This document shows positions 61,795-64,000 of a stretch of DNA of 64,000 nt, piece after piece. Position 1 is the stretch's first letter. Each line of letters starts with the position of its first letter. The stretch spans positions 62,001 to 126,000 of the forward strand of contig NIVC01000891.1 of NCBI GenBank assembly GCA_002269645.1. The letters run 5' to 3'. This DNA is from Macrostomum lignano (taxonomy: Eukaryota). The notes under the pieces were generated by a model, which worked only from the letters and a program-made list of their open reading frames with translations, was not told the origin of the DNA and did no database searches. Both the position numbers and the translations under genes were made by a program.

Positions 61795-63906
61795 CACCCG
61801 ACGACAACCGGCTAGCCGGGCCAAAAGCTTACAAAATCATCGGGCTAACCGGCAGGAAAGCGCGCTCTCGAGCTCTCGCTTCTCCCGGCTAGACGGGCCC
61901 AAAGCGCGCTCCCATACAATCAAATGGGAGTGTATCAATTGAAAGCTTTCACGGGTGTTTAATAACAATTTGCAGTAGAAAAATCGACGTTTGTTAATAT
62001 TAATTCGCTTGCATGTAATTTGAAAACAAAATTTACAGGAATAAGGGTTCCTGTGTTCAACGTTCAACAAAAGCTTCTAAGGCATATTTATTGTGCTACT
62101 GTGAATTGCTGTGCTGGCCTATGCACTAGACTAAACAAGTGAAGGCTTCGTGTACAAGATAAATGAAAGGAGCTTTTCTTAAATTTCTTGTGCATAGCTT
62201 ATTATGTGATTGCTTAAGTAATTTTGTTCTATAGTTTAAAGCCTGTCACGTGTCAGTTAATTAATAATACAGGCATTTGAAATATAAATGTAGGTCTAGT
62301 ATTATGAGAAGTAACTTATAAGCTGCTGGGAAGCCAGGGTCAGGGGGAGAGAAGCTAGCGTCAGGGGGAGAGAAGCTAGCGTCAGGGGGAGGGAAGCCAG
62401 GGTCAGGGGGAGGGAAGCCAGAGTCAGGGGGAGGGAAGCCAGGGTCAGGGGGAGAGAAGCTAGCGTCAGGGGGAGGGAAGCTAGCGTCAGGGGGAGGGAA
62501 GCCAGGGTCAGGGGGAGAGAAGCTAGCGTCAGGGGGAGAGAAGCTAGCGTCAGGGGGAGGGAAGCCAGGGTCAGGGGAGGGAAGCCAGGGTCAGGGGGAG
62601 AGAAGCTAGCGTCAGGGGGAGAGAAGCTAGCGTCAGGGGGAGGGAAGCCAGGGTCAGGGGAGGGAAGCCAGGGTCAGGGGAGGGAAGCCAGGGTCAGGGG
62701 GAGGGAAGCCAGGGTCAGGGGAGGGAAGCCAGGGTCAGGGGGAGGGAAGCTAGCGTCAGGGGGAGGGAAGCCAGGGTCAGGGGGAGGGAAGCCAGGGTCA
62801 GGGGGAGAGAAGCCAGGGTCAGGGGGAGAGAAGCCAGGGTCAGGGGGAGGGAAGCCAGAGTCAGGGGGAGGGAAGCCAGGGTCAGGGGGAGAGAAGCTAG
62901 CGTCAGGGGGAGGGAAGCCAGGGTCAGGGGAGGGAAGCCAGGGTCAGGGGGAGGGAAGCCAGGGTCAGGGGAGGGAAGCCAGGGTCAGGGGGAGGGAAGC
63001 CAGGGTCAGGGGGAGGGAAGCCAGGGTCAGGGGGGAGAGAAGCTAGGGTTAGAGGGCGGAAATCCAAGGTTAGGGGAGAGGGGAACTAAGAAAAAGAAAA
63101 TAAGTCAAGGATCAAGTATTTTATAAAATATTTTAGGCTTAGTTTTAAAGTTTGTTATTTAGTCTAGGCCTAATCGTATACATAAAGTAGATAAGAAAGA
63201 TAGAAAAAACAAAAATTTTAAGGCTCTTTTCTAGTAAGTTAGCTAAATCTATTCATTAAGACCAAGTCAATAAGCTAGGCTTAGTGCTCAATCAACAGGC
63301 TTTCCTACATACATAGGGCTATAGCTAAATAATAGAATTTAATTGAATTGAAGCCTTTTTATAATTGAATAAAAGCAGCTTATAAGTTACTTCTCATAAT
63401 ACTAGACCTACATTTATATTTCAAATGCCTGTATTATTAATTAACTGACACGTGACAGGCTTTAAACTATAGAACAAAATTACTTAAGCAATCACATAAT
63501 AAGCTATGCACAAGAAATTTAAGAAAAGCTCCTTTCATTTATCTTGTACACGAAGCCTTCACTTGTTTAGTCTAGTGCATAGGCCAGCACAGCAATTCAC
63601 AGTAGCACAATAAATATGCCTTAGAAGCTTTTGTTGAACGTTGAACACAGGAACCCTTATTCCTGTAAATTTTGTTTTCAAATTACATGCAAGCGAATTA
63701 ATATTAACAAACGTCGATTTTTCTACTGCAAATTGTTATTAAACACCCGTGAAAGCTTTCAATTGATACACTCCCATTTGATTGTATGGGAGCGCGCTTT
63801 GGGCCCGTCTAGCCGGGAGAAGCGAGAGCTCGAGAGCGCGCTTTCCTGCCGGTTAGCCCGATGATTTTGTAAGCTTTTGGCCCGGCTAGCCGGTTGTCGT
63901 CGGGTG
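61795..63906. mobile_element. Galileo/P-like foldback element: 533-bp TIRs (61795-62327, 63374-63906), 7-bp TSD, non-coding interior with G-rich minisatellite
   Basis: Ends CACCCG...CGGGTG. TSD ACTTTGG at 61788-61794 and 63907-63913. Identical 77-aa mirror ORFs (61837..62070 -, 63631..63864 +). Confidence 0.88.
62328..63070. repeat. 20-21 bp G-rich minisatellite inside the foldback element
   Basis: Units GGGGGAGGGAAGCCAGGGTCA and GGGGGAGAGAAGCTAGCGTCA. Confidence 0.93.
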
Positions 63907-64000
63907 ACTTTGGAGTCTTTGTCAGAAATTCCCTGAAATTCACGAAAATCTGACCCGCATTCACGGTCCCGACTTCCGATGCCATCTGTCGACGAACAGT

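Overview
This is eukaryotic (invertebrate animal) genomic DNA, not prokaryotic: GT-AG introns join up in frame, and GC-rich exons alternate with AT-rich or minisatellite-filled introns. That style resembles flatworms such as Macrostomum (inference, not demonstrated). I rebuilt the gene models by hand from splice sites and reading-frame phase. Seven protein-coding genes are supported: (1) the 3' part of a giant sacsin-like gene with an 8.7-kb terminal exon, an apparently HPD-less J-like domain and a HEPN domain; (2) a 4-exon LRP11-like MANSC-LDLa-TM receptor; (3) an intronless RRM + RS-rich + periphilin C-terminal domain gene; (4) a 10-11 exon NHE6/7/9-type Na+/H+ exchanger; (5) a 3-exon Ly6/uPAR three-finger GPI protein; (6) a 2-exon secreted fibrinogen-related protein, with a decayed paralog 36 kb away; (7) an intronless GT32-type glycosyltransferase. 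The non-coding space holds about a dozen mini/microsatellites (two grew out of gene stop-codon regions), MITEs with intact TSDs (one carries a mutated 28S rRNA R2-target-site fragment), a tRNA-derived SINE, a hairpin-ended repeat family present three times, and two young long-TIR foldback elements, one Galileo-like with a 7-bp TSD. No CRISPR array or intact autonomous transposon is supported.
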